The translations under genes were made by a program, and so were the position numbers. Under the pieces are notes generated by a model. It did no database searches. It was not told the origin of the DNA and worked only from the letters and a program-made list of their open reading frames with translations. Positions 29,128 to 37,582 of a stretch of DNA of 40,867 bases are shown piece by piece. Each line of letters starts with the position of its first letter. The first letter of the stretch is position 1. The stretch lies in contig CAKUTY010000001.1 of NCBI GenBank assembly GCA_934692455.1, positions 1 to 40,867 of the forward strand, read 5' to 3'. The DNA comes from an uncultured Erysipelotrichaceae bacterium (lineage in GTDB: Bacteria > Bacillota_I > Bacilli_A > Erysipelotrichales > Erysipelotrichaceae).

Positions 29128-29838
29128 ATGGTGTTACAATATCGAGGTATGAAAAATTTATTTAAGAACCCTAAGACAAGAAAGAGAAATTTAATTCTTG
29201 CGATTTTGCCCTTTGTTATAATTGCTAGCATATGTGGCTTTATAGCATTTAAGTCTGTTAATTCGATAAGTGGTAATGCTCAAGGAACTTCAAAAGAATC
29301 TTATAAAGATTCGATTGATTCCATGGATTACCATTTAAGAAGTAATGCGACTAAGTATCAAACAGAGCTTTTTAGAGAATTAACTAAAGCTATTGAAGAT
29401 GGAACTGATAAGTATAATATTGCAAGACTAGTTGCAGAAAACTATGTTGCAGATTTCTACACATGGTCTAATAAAGATGGTACTTATGATGTTGGTGGTA
29501 TGTATTATGTTTATTCACCACAAAAAACTACAATTTATACACAAGCTCGTAATACTTACTATAAATATGTAACTTACTATATTAACCAATTTGGTGCTAA
29601 AAACTTATTGGAAGTTGAAAATATAACTTCAACTTTAGGTGACAAGGTAGGCTCTTACGAATTTGAAGGTAAGAAATATGACTCTTATTTTGTAACTTGT
29701 GAATGGACATATAAGAATGAAGATACTTTCAAAGATATAAGTATGAAATCAGGTGATGACTTTGTTAAGAAAGAGTATTTCACAATTATTGAAAAAAATG
29801 GGCGTTTTGAAATTGTTCAAGCGTATGGTGATAACTAA
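29128..29838 (+). CDS. Hypothetical single-pass membrane protein with an extracytoplasmic domain, translationally coupled to the LCP gene
   Basis: A basic N-terminus plus one TM (LILAILPFVIIASICGFIAF), then a ~190-aa Tyr-rich soluble domain. The segment ARLVAENYVADFYTWSN recalls NTF2-like/TcpC-type domains (weak, memory only). The start is ambiguous (ATG at 29128 or 29149). TAATG overlap with the LCP start. Confidence 0.5.
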   Translation: MVLQYRGMKNLFKNPKTRKRNLILAILPFVIIASICGFIAFKSVNSISGNAQGTSKESYKDSIDSMDYHLRSNATKYQTELFRELTKAIEDGTDKYNIARLVAENYVADFYTWSNKDGTYDVGGMYYVYSPQKTTIYTQARNTYYKYVTYYINQFGAKNLLEVENITSTLGDKVGSYEFEGKKYDSYFVTCEWTYKNEDTFKDISMKSGDDFVKKEYFTIIEKNGRFEIVQAYGDN

Positions 29839-32267
29839 TGGCTAGAAAAAAGAAAAATAAGCTATCAGCTTTAAGTATTGGATCTTTAGTAACGGCAATA
29901 TTAGCTCATATTGCAGTTATTTTGTTTGTTGTTCTTGCAAGAGGTTATTTCAACTTAGAATTAAAAGTAATTATTTGTGCTTTAGTCGTTATTGTCTGTG
30001 TATTGGTTATTATCGATATTCTTCTCGTATATGGTGTTAATTTTAGAGACATTGCGTCTAGAATTATTATTATCGTGCTATCTATTCTTATGATGGTTGT
30101 TGGCTTTGGAGGTAGTTATTATGTTTCTAAAGTTAATAAGGCGGTTGATAATGCGATTGAAAATACAGGTACAGACCAATATGAAACAATTAGCGGTTCT
30201 TTTGTATATTACAGTGAGAATGGAACAGTTAAATATAAAGATTTAGATTCATTAAAGTCTGCATCTAATTTAAAAGTTGGTGTTGTTTTTGATGATGGTA
30301 TCGGTGTGGCTACCGCTGCTCAAAAGTTAATGGAAGATGAAGGAATCAAAGCTACTGTTACTACATATAGTAGTAGTGAAGAACTACTAGGTAATTTAAT
30401 TGGCAATGGTACTGATGAAATTGATGTTGCGGTTTTCCCTTCTTCATACAGACAAAGATGGTTGGCTGATGAGGAAGTCGACTATGCTCAATATCTAGAT
30501 CATGTTTATGATTTCCACAAGTTTGAAGATAAAGTAAAAACTGGTGAAAACAAGAATGCTAACAAGGATTTATATACAGAACCATTTAACATTCTATTGA
30601 TTGGTTTTGCTCCAGAAGATGAGGCAATGACTGTTGGCCTTGCTGACTCTATTATTGTGGCAACTGTTAATCCACAAACATTCACCGTATCTTTAACATC
30701 TATCGCAAGAGATACATATACAAAGTTAGCTTGTGCACCTAATAGTGAAAGACAAAAGATTAATGCAGCAAGAGCTTATAGTAGACAATGTTTAATGGAT
30801 ACTGTTGGTGAATTATTAGGTATAGATATTGATTACTATATGGAAGTTAACTTCTTGGGTGTAGTAGAAATTGTTGATGCTATTGGTGGTATTGTAGTTA
30901 ACAATCCAGTCGAATTTGTAGGTCAAACAGCTTCTGGTATTAGAGGCGAATTTACGGTTCTAGTTCCAGCTGGTGAAAATGTGCCTTGTGATGGTGAAAT
31001 GGCTTTAGCTTTCGCAAGAGAAAGACACGCTATGCCTAATGGTGATTTCGATCGTCAGAAGCACCAACAAGAAGTAATTGCTCGTATTGCCGAAAAATTA
31101 TTAGGCATGAATGATGTTAATAAGGCTTTAAAGGTTATGGAAGCCGCTGGAAAGAACTTTACAACTAATTTAAGTTTGAACCAATTAACTGGTATCTTCA
31201 GTTATATCATCAATCATAAGAACACAATTGGTATTCCAACGTTTAATATGATTGATATGCAAAGCATGAGAGTAACTGGTTATTCTTCTTGGTACTATAG
31301 TTATGTTATGAGACTTCCTCAATGGATTTATCGTTTGTATAATGGCTCAATTCAAGAATGTAAGGATCGTATCAATGATGTAATGAATAATTATTCCGTT
31401 AGCGATATAAAACAAGAAAGTTATATGAAATTCTTTGTTGAATATCCATATAGTCGTGGCAACTTATATAGCGATTACTTTAATGAAGAACAAGTTCATG
31501 AAAAGATGCCTGCTTGTTATCCATTGTTTGTTAATAAGGATTTAGCTACTGCAATTAGCTTAGCTCAAGAACAAGGCATTAACTTGGATATTACTTATAT
31601 TGAACCTGGTGATGCTGGATTTGAAGAAGGTTCAAGCGGTTTAGTTGTTGACCAATATCCTCGTCAAGGTGCATTGGTTGAAGAATATCCTACAGGAAAG
31701 ATTACTGTAATGGGCCCAAGCAATCCAGATGCTATTGAATACACAGTTGATAAGTGTGATGACGAGGCAAGTTGCATTGCGTTTGCTAATGCTAAGGGTA
31801 TTAGTTATAAGAAGGTAGCTGTTTATGATGCCATGAACGAACATAAGGAAGGCGAGTTCAACGGTACTAACTATAAGAATGGTGACAAGATTAAAAAGAG
31901 TGCGACTCTAGAAATCTATTTGTGGACTAAGAAAGTTACAGTTCCATCATTCACTGTTGGTACTAAGCTAGTGGATTACGAAGTTGCATTAACTAAGCTT
32001 GGATTAAAGTATACTGAGACAGCAAGTGCAGATGGTGCAACGGAGGCAAATAATGGTACTATTAAGAGCATAAGTCCAGGTGCAGGCACTGAAGCTAAGG
32101 CTGGTGACACTATCGCAATTACATACTTTAAGTACACTGCAACTACGCCTAAGCCAACTCCGAGCCCAGAGCCAAGTCCAGAGCCTACACCGGAACCGAG
32201 TCCTGAGCCTACACCGGAACCGAGTCCTGAGCCTACAGAGCCTAGTGAACCAGCTCCGGAAGCATAA
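29838..32267 (+). CDS. LytR-CpsA-Psr (LCP) family glycopolymer ligase with an N-terminal TM bundle, three PASTA-like repeats and a Pro-rich tail
   Basis: Three N-terminal TM helices. LCP core FNILLIGF...GLADSIIVATVNP...SIARDTY...INAA...VNFLGVVEIVDAIGGI...FARERH...GDFDRQKHQQEV. C-terminal repeats fit the PASTA consensus (e.g. VPSFTVGTKLVDYEVALTKLGLKY...GTIKSISPGAGTEAKAGDTIAITY). Tail is (S/T)PEP repeats. Confidence 0.85.
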   Translation: MARKKKNKLSALSIGSLVTAILAHIAVILFVVLARGYFNLELKVIICALVVIVCVLVIIDILLVYGVNFRDIASRIIIIVLSILMMVVGFGGSYYVSKVNKAVDNAIENTGTDQYETISGSFVYYSENGTVKYKDLDSLKSASNLKVGVVFDDGIGVATAAQKLMEDEGIKATVTTYSSSEELLGNLIGNGTDEIDVAVFPSSYRQRWLADEEVDYAQYLDHVYDFHKFEDKVKTGENKNANKDLYTEPFNILLIGFAPEDEAMTVGLADSIIVATVNPQTFTVSLTSIARDTYTKLACAPNSERQKINAARAYSRQCLMDTVGELLGIDIDYYMEVNFLGVVEIVDAIGGIVVNNPVEFVGQTASGIRGEFTVLVPAGENVPCDGEMALAFARERHAMPNGDFDRQKHQQEVIARIAEKLLGMNDVNKALKVMEAAGKNFTTNLSLNQLTGIFSYIINHKNTIGIPTFNMIDMQSMRVTGYSSWYYSYVMRLPQWIYRLYNGSIQECKDRINDVMNNYSVSDIKQESYMKFFVEYPYSRGNLYSDYFNEEQVHEKMPACYPLFVNKDLATAISLAQEQGINLDITYIEPGDAGFEEGSSGLVVDQYPRQGALVEEYPTGKITVMGPSNPDAIEYTVDKCDDEASCIAFANAKGISYKKVAVYDAMNEHKEGEFNGTNYKNGDKIKKSATLEIYLWTKKVTVPSFTVGTKLVDYEVALTKLGLKYTETASADGATEANNGTIKSISPGAGTEAKAGDTIAITYFKYTATTPKPTPSPEPSPEPTPEPSPEPTPEPSPEPTEPSEPAPEA
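32181..32237 (+). repeat. Exact 24-bp tandem repeat (2.4 copies) inside the Pro-rich tail of the LCP gene
   Basis: GAGCCTACACCGGAACCGAGTCCT occurs at 32181-32204 and identically at 32205-32228, followed by a partial GAGCCTACA at 32229-32237. Degenerate copies lie upstream from ~32157. This is a local G+C-rich island encoding EPTPEPSP units. Confidence 0.9.
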
Positions 32268-32283
32268 AATCTAAATATTATTT

Positions 32284-32312
32284 AAACTCGTTGAAAATAT
32301 CAACGAGTTTTC
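32284..32312 (+). terminator. Rho-independent terminator after the LCP gene
   Basis: AAACTCGTTGA (32284-32294), loop AAATA, TCAACGAGTTT (32300-32310), then T-rich. An 11-bp perfect stem 17 nt after the stop codon. Confidence 0.75.
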
Positions 32313-32332
32313 TAAAAGGAGAGTAGAGTAAA

Positions 32333-34384
32333 ATGAAGAAGATATTTTTACTTTTAATGATAATATTGTTATCTTCATGCAGTTTTGGCAATAAAGAAAA
32401 TGAGGATGACGATAAAAAGGAAGAGATTGTCAACGTAAACAACTATGACAATATTCCTGTAGAAGAATTTAAACCTTATAAAGAAACTTTTAACAATAAT
32501 TCCGCATGGAATTTAGAAGGTGACGGCAGTTTTGTATCTGAACTAAATAAAAAACAAATAGTTGTAAATAATGGTGAAGTTACATTGAAAAGTAGTCCCT
32601 TTATGATGAAAAATGGTAACTATAATGTTTCTTTCATCAGCTCCAATAGCGGACATATTAAGATTGCTTCAAATGACGATGTTTATTTAGATTCTGATTT
32701 TGAAATTGGTGATGTTTCTCTTGATTACCGATTATCAGATATAAATTATGAAGTTGTTGTTAGTTTATCTTTTGCTGGTAATAGTGAAGTTGATGATTTT
32801 AGTATTAGTTGTGACAATAAAACCTATGGTGCCTTATCTAATCAAATCGCTTATTTAGATAAATTGAACAAACAAGTAGTCTTTAATAATAACCCAGGAA
32901 ATTATTATGGCATTTATAACGCAAACGATGATTCGCTAGTATATGCAGAGAATGTTTCGGAGGCGATTTTTGAAAACGATACAAATCAATGGCTATATAA
33001 GGGATATTTCAAAGATTTAGAAACTGGTGGTGAATATTATATAAAAAGCGAATTTGGATACTATTCTAAAAACTTCTCTATAAACGATAGCTACAATGAA
33101 CTGTTAGAAAGTGTTTTAGAAGCTATTTATGTTCAAAGATGTGGACATGATACAGAAGGTGTTTTAGGTCACCCTGCGTGTCATACGGCGCCTAGCAAGG
33201 TGTTTAGTTATACAAAGGAAGAATTCATCGATACAACGGGTGGTTGGCATGATGCTGGTGATTATGGTAAGTATGGTGTTGTTGAAAATAAAGTAATTGC
33301 TGATTTACTATTTTCGTATTTATATGGCGCCAATAAAGACGAAAAGTTAATTGATGAAATTAAGTTTGGTTTAGATTACGTCTTAAAACTCCAAAATGAA
33401 TATGGAGGCGTTTATAACAAAGTTGTAAGTAAAAACTTTGCTGACTTTGTGTCTCCAGAATTAGATGAACAAGAAACATATTTATTAAATCCATGGACTT
33501 CAGTAACCGCATCTTTTGCGGGTATTACAGGATTAGCCTATGAAGCGTTTAAAAATGATGATAAAGAATTGGCGGATAAATGTTTAAATGCGCATAATAA
33601 GGCAATTGATTATTTACTAAATAATCAAAATCCATCTAATCCAAAAAACCCCGATGAGTTTAATGTTGGGACATATTATGTAGAAAACGAAACTGATGAG
33701 AGATTATTTGCCTATAGTGTGGCTTATAAGCTTACTAGAGATAATAAATATAAAGAATTATGTAAATCTTTATTAGATACTGGTGTTGATTCTGATAATA
33801 TGGTTGCCAATTGCAGAACCTACGCCTATATTGTTTTGTTAGATAGCTTGGAATATAACAGTAAAGAATATGTTCAAGCTAAAGAAAGATTAAAATCAGA
33901 TTGCGATGCGATATGTGATGGTGTATCTTCTAATGTTTATGCTTATCCGTATACCGCATATGCATGGGGATCTAACCAACACGTATGCGAAGCTATTAAC
34001 AAGTTATTATTGGCATCAAGATATTTTAAAGACGAAAGATATGTAGTAAAGGCAAGTGAAATGATTGATTATATTCTTGGTCTAAATGTATTAGATATGT
34101 CATTTATTTGGGGTTATGGATATAAATATCCTCAAACTATTCATTCTCGTTTAGCTTATGCCAAGGGTCAAAATATGATTAAGGGTGCTATGTGTAATGG
34201 TGTTGACCAATTACTAAGTGATGGCGAAATAGGTAAGTACTTTAGTGAAGATTCTCCAATCGCAACTAGATTTGTGGACAATAGTGATAGCTATTCTAAT
34301 GTAGAACCAGCTATAAACTACAACTCTGCCCTTTATTTATCATTAAGTTTACTAGAGTACGCCAATAGAAAGCCTATTCAATAG
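32333..34384 (+). CDS. Lipoprotein glycoside hydrolase family 9 (N-terminal CBM-like and Ig-like modules plus GH9 catalytic domain)
   Basis: Signal peptide with lipobox (MKKIFLLLMIILLSSC). GH9 catalytic Asp motif TTGGWHDAGDYGKY (33239-33274). FVDNSDSYSNVEPAINYNSA (34271-34330) fits the PROSITE GH9 signature-2 pattern as I recall it, including the catalytic Glu. Near match to signature 1 (GYKYPQTIHSR). AAAGGAGAG RBS. Confidence 0.85.
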   Translation: MKKIFLLLMIILLSSCSFGNKENEDDDKKEEIVNVNNYDNIPVEEFKPYKETFNNNSAWNLEGDGSFVSELNKKQIVVNNGEVTLKSSPFMMKNGNYNVSFISSNSGHIKIASNDDVYLDSDFEIGDVSLDYRLSDINYEVVVSLSFAGNSEVDDFSISCDNKTYGALSNQIAYLDKLNKQVVFNNNPGNYYGIYNANDDSLVYAENVSEAIFENDTNQWLYKGYFKDLETGGEYYIKSEFGYYSKNFSINDSYNELLESVLEAIYVQRCGHDTEGVLGHPACHTAPSKVFSYTKEEFIDTTGGWHDAGDYGKYGVVENKVIADLLFSYLYGANKDEKLIDEIKFGLDYVLKLQNEYGGVYNKVVSKNFADFVSPELDEQETYLLNPWTSVTASFAGITGLAYEAFKNDDKELADKCLNAHNKAIDYLLNNQNPSNPKNPDEFNVGTYYVENETDERLFAYSVAYKLTRDNKYKELCKSLLDTGVDSDNMVANCRTYAYIVLLDSLEYNSKEYVQAKERLKSDCDAICDGVSSNVYAYPYTAYAWGSNQHVCEAINKLLLASRYFKDERYVVKASEMIDYILGLNVLDMSFIWGYGYKYPQTIHSRLAYAKGQNMIKGAMCNGVDQLLSDGEIGKYFSEDSPIATRFVDNSDSYSNVEPAINYNSALYLSLSLLEYANRKPIQ

Positions 34385-34398
34385 TATAATTATTAAGT

Positions 34399-35370
34399 AT
34401 GTATAAATTAACAATCGTAGTAGCTATATATAACGTTGAAAACTATCTAAAGAAATGCTTAGATTCTTTAGTTGACCAAACATGTGGTGATTATCAAGTG
34501 TTTTGTGTCAATGATGGTTCTACTGATAAAAGTAGAGATATCATCTTGGATTACTTAAATAATGATAAATTCAAATTATTAGATAAAACTAATGGTGGTT
34601 TAAGTGATGCGAGAAACTATGGAATAGAGAGATGTGAGAGTGAATATATTTCTTTTATCGATGGCGATGACTTTGTAGAAAACAATTATGTAGAAACAAT
34701 CATTAACACACTAGATAAAGACAAGAGTGCTATGATGGTCTTTTCGTACAATCAGTATTATCTAGCTAATGGTAGTAAAGAACTCGTAAGTTTAAAAGTT
34801 GAAAATGGTATCTATAACTTAAAAGATAAAAAAGAATTATTAGCTTATACACCAAATGCTGCTTGGAATAAGGCTTATAAGACATCATTATTTAAAGATA
34901 ATAAGATACTTTATCCTTATGGATATCGTCATCAAGATATGGGAACAACTCCTAAGTTATTATTAAAGGCTAATAGCATTTCTTATGTTGATAAACCTTT
35001 ATATAACTATCTAATTGATAGACCAAATAATATAACAGCTCAAATCGATAAGAAACTATATCACATCATTGATATGGCTAAAGAAGTTATGGACTACTAT
35101 ATATCAGAAAACTGTTTTGATGAATATGTTGATGAATTTGCATATTTGATTAAAAGAAACTTCATTCAATCATTAAGAAAATCAATGAAGTTACAAGATA
35201 AGAAATTTGTCTATCAATTCATAGATGATATCTTCGATGTAGAAGATAAGTACTTCAAAAATAGTAAAGACATCTATCGTGTTAATGAAGAAAAGGGTGA
35301 TGATGTTTATTTGTCACGTATTAAATGTAAGTTATATTATGCACTAAAGAGGTTGAAAAATGGAAAATAA
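34399..35370 (+). CDS. Glycosyltransferase family 2 (GGLSDARN type)
   Basis: LTIVVAIYNVENYLKKCLDSL, CVNDGSTDKS, NGGLSDARNYGI, FIDGDDF. 323 aa, the same length and type as 18315-19286. Confidence 0.85.
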   Translation: MYKLTIVVAIYNVENYLKKCLDSLVDQTCGDYQVFCVNDGSTDKSRDIILDYLNNDKFKLLDKTNGGLSDARNYGIERCESEYISFIDGDDFVENNYVETIINTLDKDKSAMMVFSYNQYYLANGSKELVSLKVENGIYNLKDKKELLAYTPNAAWNKAYKTSLFKDNKILYPYGYRHQDMGTTPKLLLKANSISYVDKPLYNYLIDRPNNITAQIDKKLYHIIDMAKEVMDYYISENCFDEYVDEFAYLIKRNFIQSLRKSMKLQDKKFVYQFIDDIFDVEDKYFKNSKDIYRVNEEKGDDVYLSRIKCKLYYALKRLKNGK

Positions 35371-37582
35371 GATAAGTATCATTGTCCCTGTATATAATGT
35401 TGAAAAATATATTGGCAAGTGTTTAGAATCACTTGTTAAACAAGACTATAGTAACTACGATATTTTGGTAGTTAATGATGGTTCACCTTTTAATGAACAA
35501 GCAATCATTGATGAATATGTTAAGAAATATCCAAGTATCATTAAGAGTATTGTGAAGGAAAATGGCGGCTATGGTAGTGTTTTACAATTGGCCTTCAACA
35601 AAAGCGATGCGGACTATGTTTTAGTATGCGATCCGGATGATTACCTATCTAATGATGCCCTAAGTACCTTAATCGCTTATCAAAAGAAAGATAATGTTGA
35701 TCTGGTTGTTGGTGCTAAGAATTTGGTATATGAAGATAGTGATGAAGAAACATATGACGCTTCTTATAATGCTGAATTTGGAAAACTTGTTGATGGCAAG
35801 AAATATACAAGAGGAAACAAAGACTTTGATGTGTTATTCTTCCTAGAACCATCACCACATGCCAAGTTATATAAAAGATCAATTGTAAAGGATATCGTTT
35901 TCACAACTAAAGTTAGTTATACTGACAACCTTTTGTATTTCTATACTTTAAATAATGTTAAGAGTGTAACATATTGTGGAAAAGCCTTAAGCTATTATTT
36001 GATTAATAGAAGTGGTAATACTAGAACTGATTTAAAACCTACTATTATTGATAGTTGGGTTAAGGTATTTAATTCAATCATGGATCAAGTATCTAATCCT
36101 TGTGATATCTTCTATTATCGTATGTTTGAATCTTTTTATTCTATTTACTATAAGATTGATAATATAGGTGGAGACAAGGATGTTAAGTTTTCTAAGTATG
36201 AATTATTATATAGTTTCTTAGAAAAGTTAATTAAGCATAAGGATTTAATCTTAAAATATAATGACTTATACCAAGAAGAATCTCCTAAAATGAGAAGACA
36301 AAAGGAAGCTTTGTTAAGTAGTGATACATCACTTAAAACCTACAACAAGCTGGTAAATGATAGAGTAAATGGTTCTTTTAAGACTAAAATTAAAAATAGA
36401 ATTCTTGATACTAAGTTATATTCTATTTATCATTTCCATGCCAAATATTACAAGACTCGTAATGATGAGAAGATGTATTTAGCCAAGGACGTTAAGGGTG
36501 ATTTAGTATTCAATGATGACAAGGTGCATTTCTTTGGTTATTATGTAAGACCATGTGTTTATAATGGCAAGGTTTTATCTCATCGTTTAAATGAAGATAA
36601 TTTTAACTATAAACAAGAAATTGATATTTTAGTTGATGATGAAAAGATATCTTCATCAAAAGCATGGAACTTTCAACAGGGTTCTATGGCTACTTGGACC
36701 AGTGATAAGCACATTATTCATAATGACTTTGATGGTACTAAATATATCAGTAAGCTTATTAATATCGAAACTAAGGAAGTTAAGATAATTGATTATCCTA
36801 TCTATTCTGTAAGCAATGATGGAAGTTTTTCTTTGAGCTTAAACTTCTCAAGGCTTGCTAAATTAAGAAAAGACTATGGTTACTTTAATCTTCCTTACAA
36901 TAATTTAGAAGATGAATCAAATGATGGTATTTATTATGTTGATATTAAAAATAATACTTATTCATTATGGCTATCACTAAAAGACATTAAAGACTTTAAG
37001 ACAAGTGATACGATGATTGATGCCGTTCACAAGGTTAATCACATCGACCTATCACCAGATAATACTAAGGCTATATTCTTACATCGTTGGTTTAAAGAAG
37101 GCATTAAGTATACAAGATTATTGTGTGTTGATTTAAAGACTAAAGAGCTAAAAGTATTAGCTGATAATAAAATGGTTTCACATATGTGCTGGTACAATAA
37201 TGAAACATTATTTGGCTATTTAAGAGGGAACAATAATCAAGATGGCTATTTCTTTGTTGATTTAGATGGAAACCAAAAACACTTTAAACATGAATTATTA
37301 GTAGATGATGGTCATCCTACTGTTTTAAACAAGCGTTATATCGTTACCGATGCTTATCCTGACTATACTTGTAAGTCTAAATTGATGTTGATTGATTTAA
37401 AGAAGAACACAGTTAAGATTCTTGGAAAGTTCTATTCATATAAAAAGTATCAAGACGATAGAAGATGTGACCTTCATCCTCGTTTCGATGATAAGGGTAA
37501 CATGTTAACACTTGATACTGTATGTAGTGGCAAAAGAAATATCTGTCACTTAGATATTAGTGCTTTGATTGAGAAACAATAA
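35360..37582 (+). CDS. Bifunctional-looking protein: N-terminal GT2 (GGYGS type) fused to a C-terminal PD40/TolB-like beta-propeller-type domain
   Basis: N-terminal ISIIVPVYNVEKYIGKCLESL, VVNDGSP, ENGGYGSVL, VCDPDDY (paralog of 19283-20266). The C-terminal ~350 aa have repeated PD40-like motifs (TWTSDKHIIHNDF, SVSNDGSFSLSL, IDLSPDNTKAIFLHRW, FVDLDGNQKHF, DLHPRFDDKGNMLTLDT). No TM or signal peptide. AGAGG RBS. 11-nt overlap with the upstream gene. Confidence 0.7.
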   Translation: MENKISIIVPVYNVEKYIGKCLESLVKQDYSNYDILVVNDGSPFNEQAIIDEYVKKYPSIIKSIVKENGGYGSVLQLAFNKSDADYVLVCDPDDYLSNDALSTLIAYQKKDNVDLVVGAKNLVYEDSDEETYDASYNAEFGKLVDGKKYTRGNKDFDVLFFLEPSPHAKLYKRSIVKDIVFTTKVSYTDNLLYFYTLNNVKSVTYCGKALSYYLINRSGNTRTDLKPTIIDSWVKVFNSIMDQVSNPCDIFYYRMFESFYSIYYKIDNIGGDKDVKFSKYELLYSFLEKLIKHKDLILKYNDLYQEESPKMRRQKEALLSSDTSLKTYNKLVNDRVNGSFKTKIKNRILDTKLYSIYHFHAKYYKTRNDEKMYLAKDVKGDLVFNDDKVHFFGYYVRPCVYNGKVLSHRLNEDNFNYKQEIDILVDDEKISSSKAWNFQQGSMATWTSDKHIIHNDFDGTKYISKLINIETKEVKIIDYPIYSVSNDGSFSLSLNFSRLAKLRKDYGYFNLPYNNLEDESNDGIYYVDIKNNTYSLWLSLKDIKDFKTSDTMIDAVHKVNHIDLSPDNTKAIFLHRWFKEGIKYTRLLCVDLKTKELKVLADNKMVSHMCWYNNETLFGYLRGNNNQDGYFFVDLDGNQKHFKHELLVDDGHPTVLNKRYIVTDAYPDYTCKSKLMLIDLKKNTVKILGKFYSYKKYQDDRRCDLHPRFDDKGNMLTLDTVCSGKRNICHLDISALIEKQ

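Noticed and set aside
1088-31844. Eleven short antisense ORFs on the track (1088-1342, 4470-4697, 4824-5123, 6918-7100, 8740-8964, 18963-19187, 19178-19363, 20342-20527, 22767-22970, 23148-23351, 31641-31844).
   Set aside because: Each lies entirely (19178-19363 spans two adjacent genes) opposite well-supported longer genes that have clear family motifs. They have low-complexity composition typical of reverse frames, no RBS, and no recognisable motifs. I treat them as chance ORFs in AT-rich DNA.
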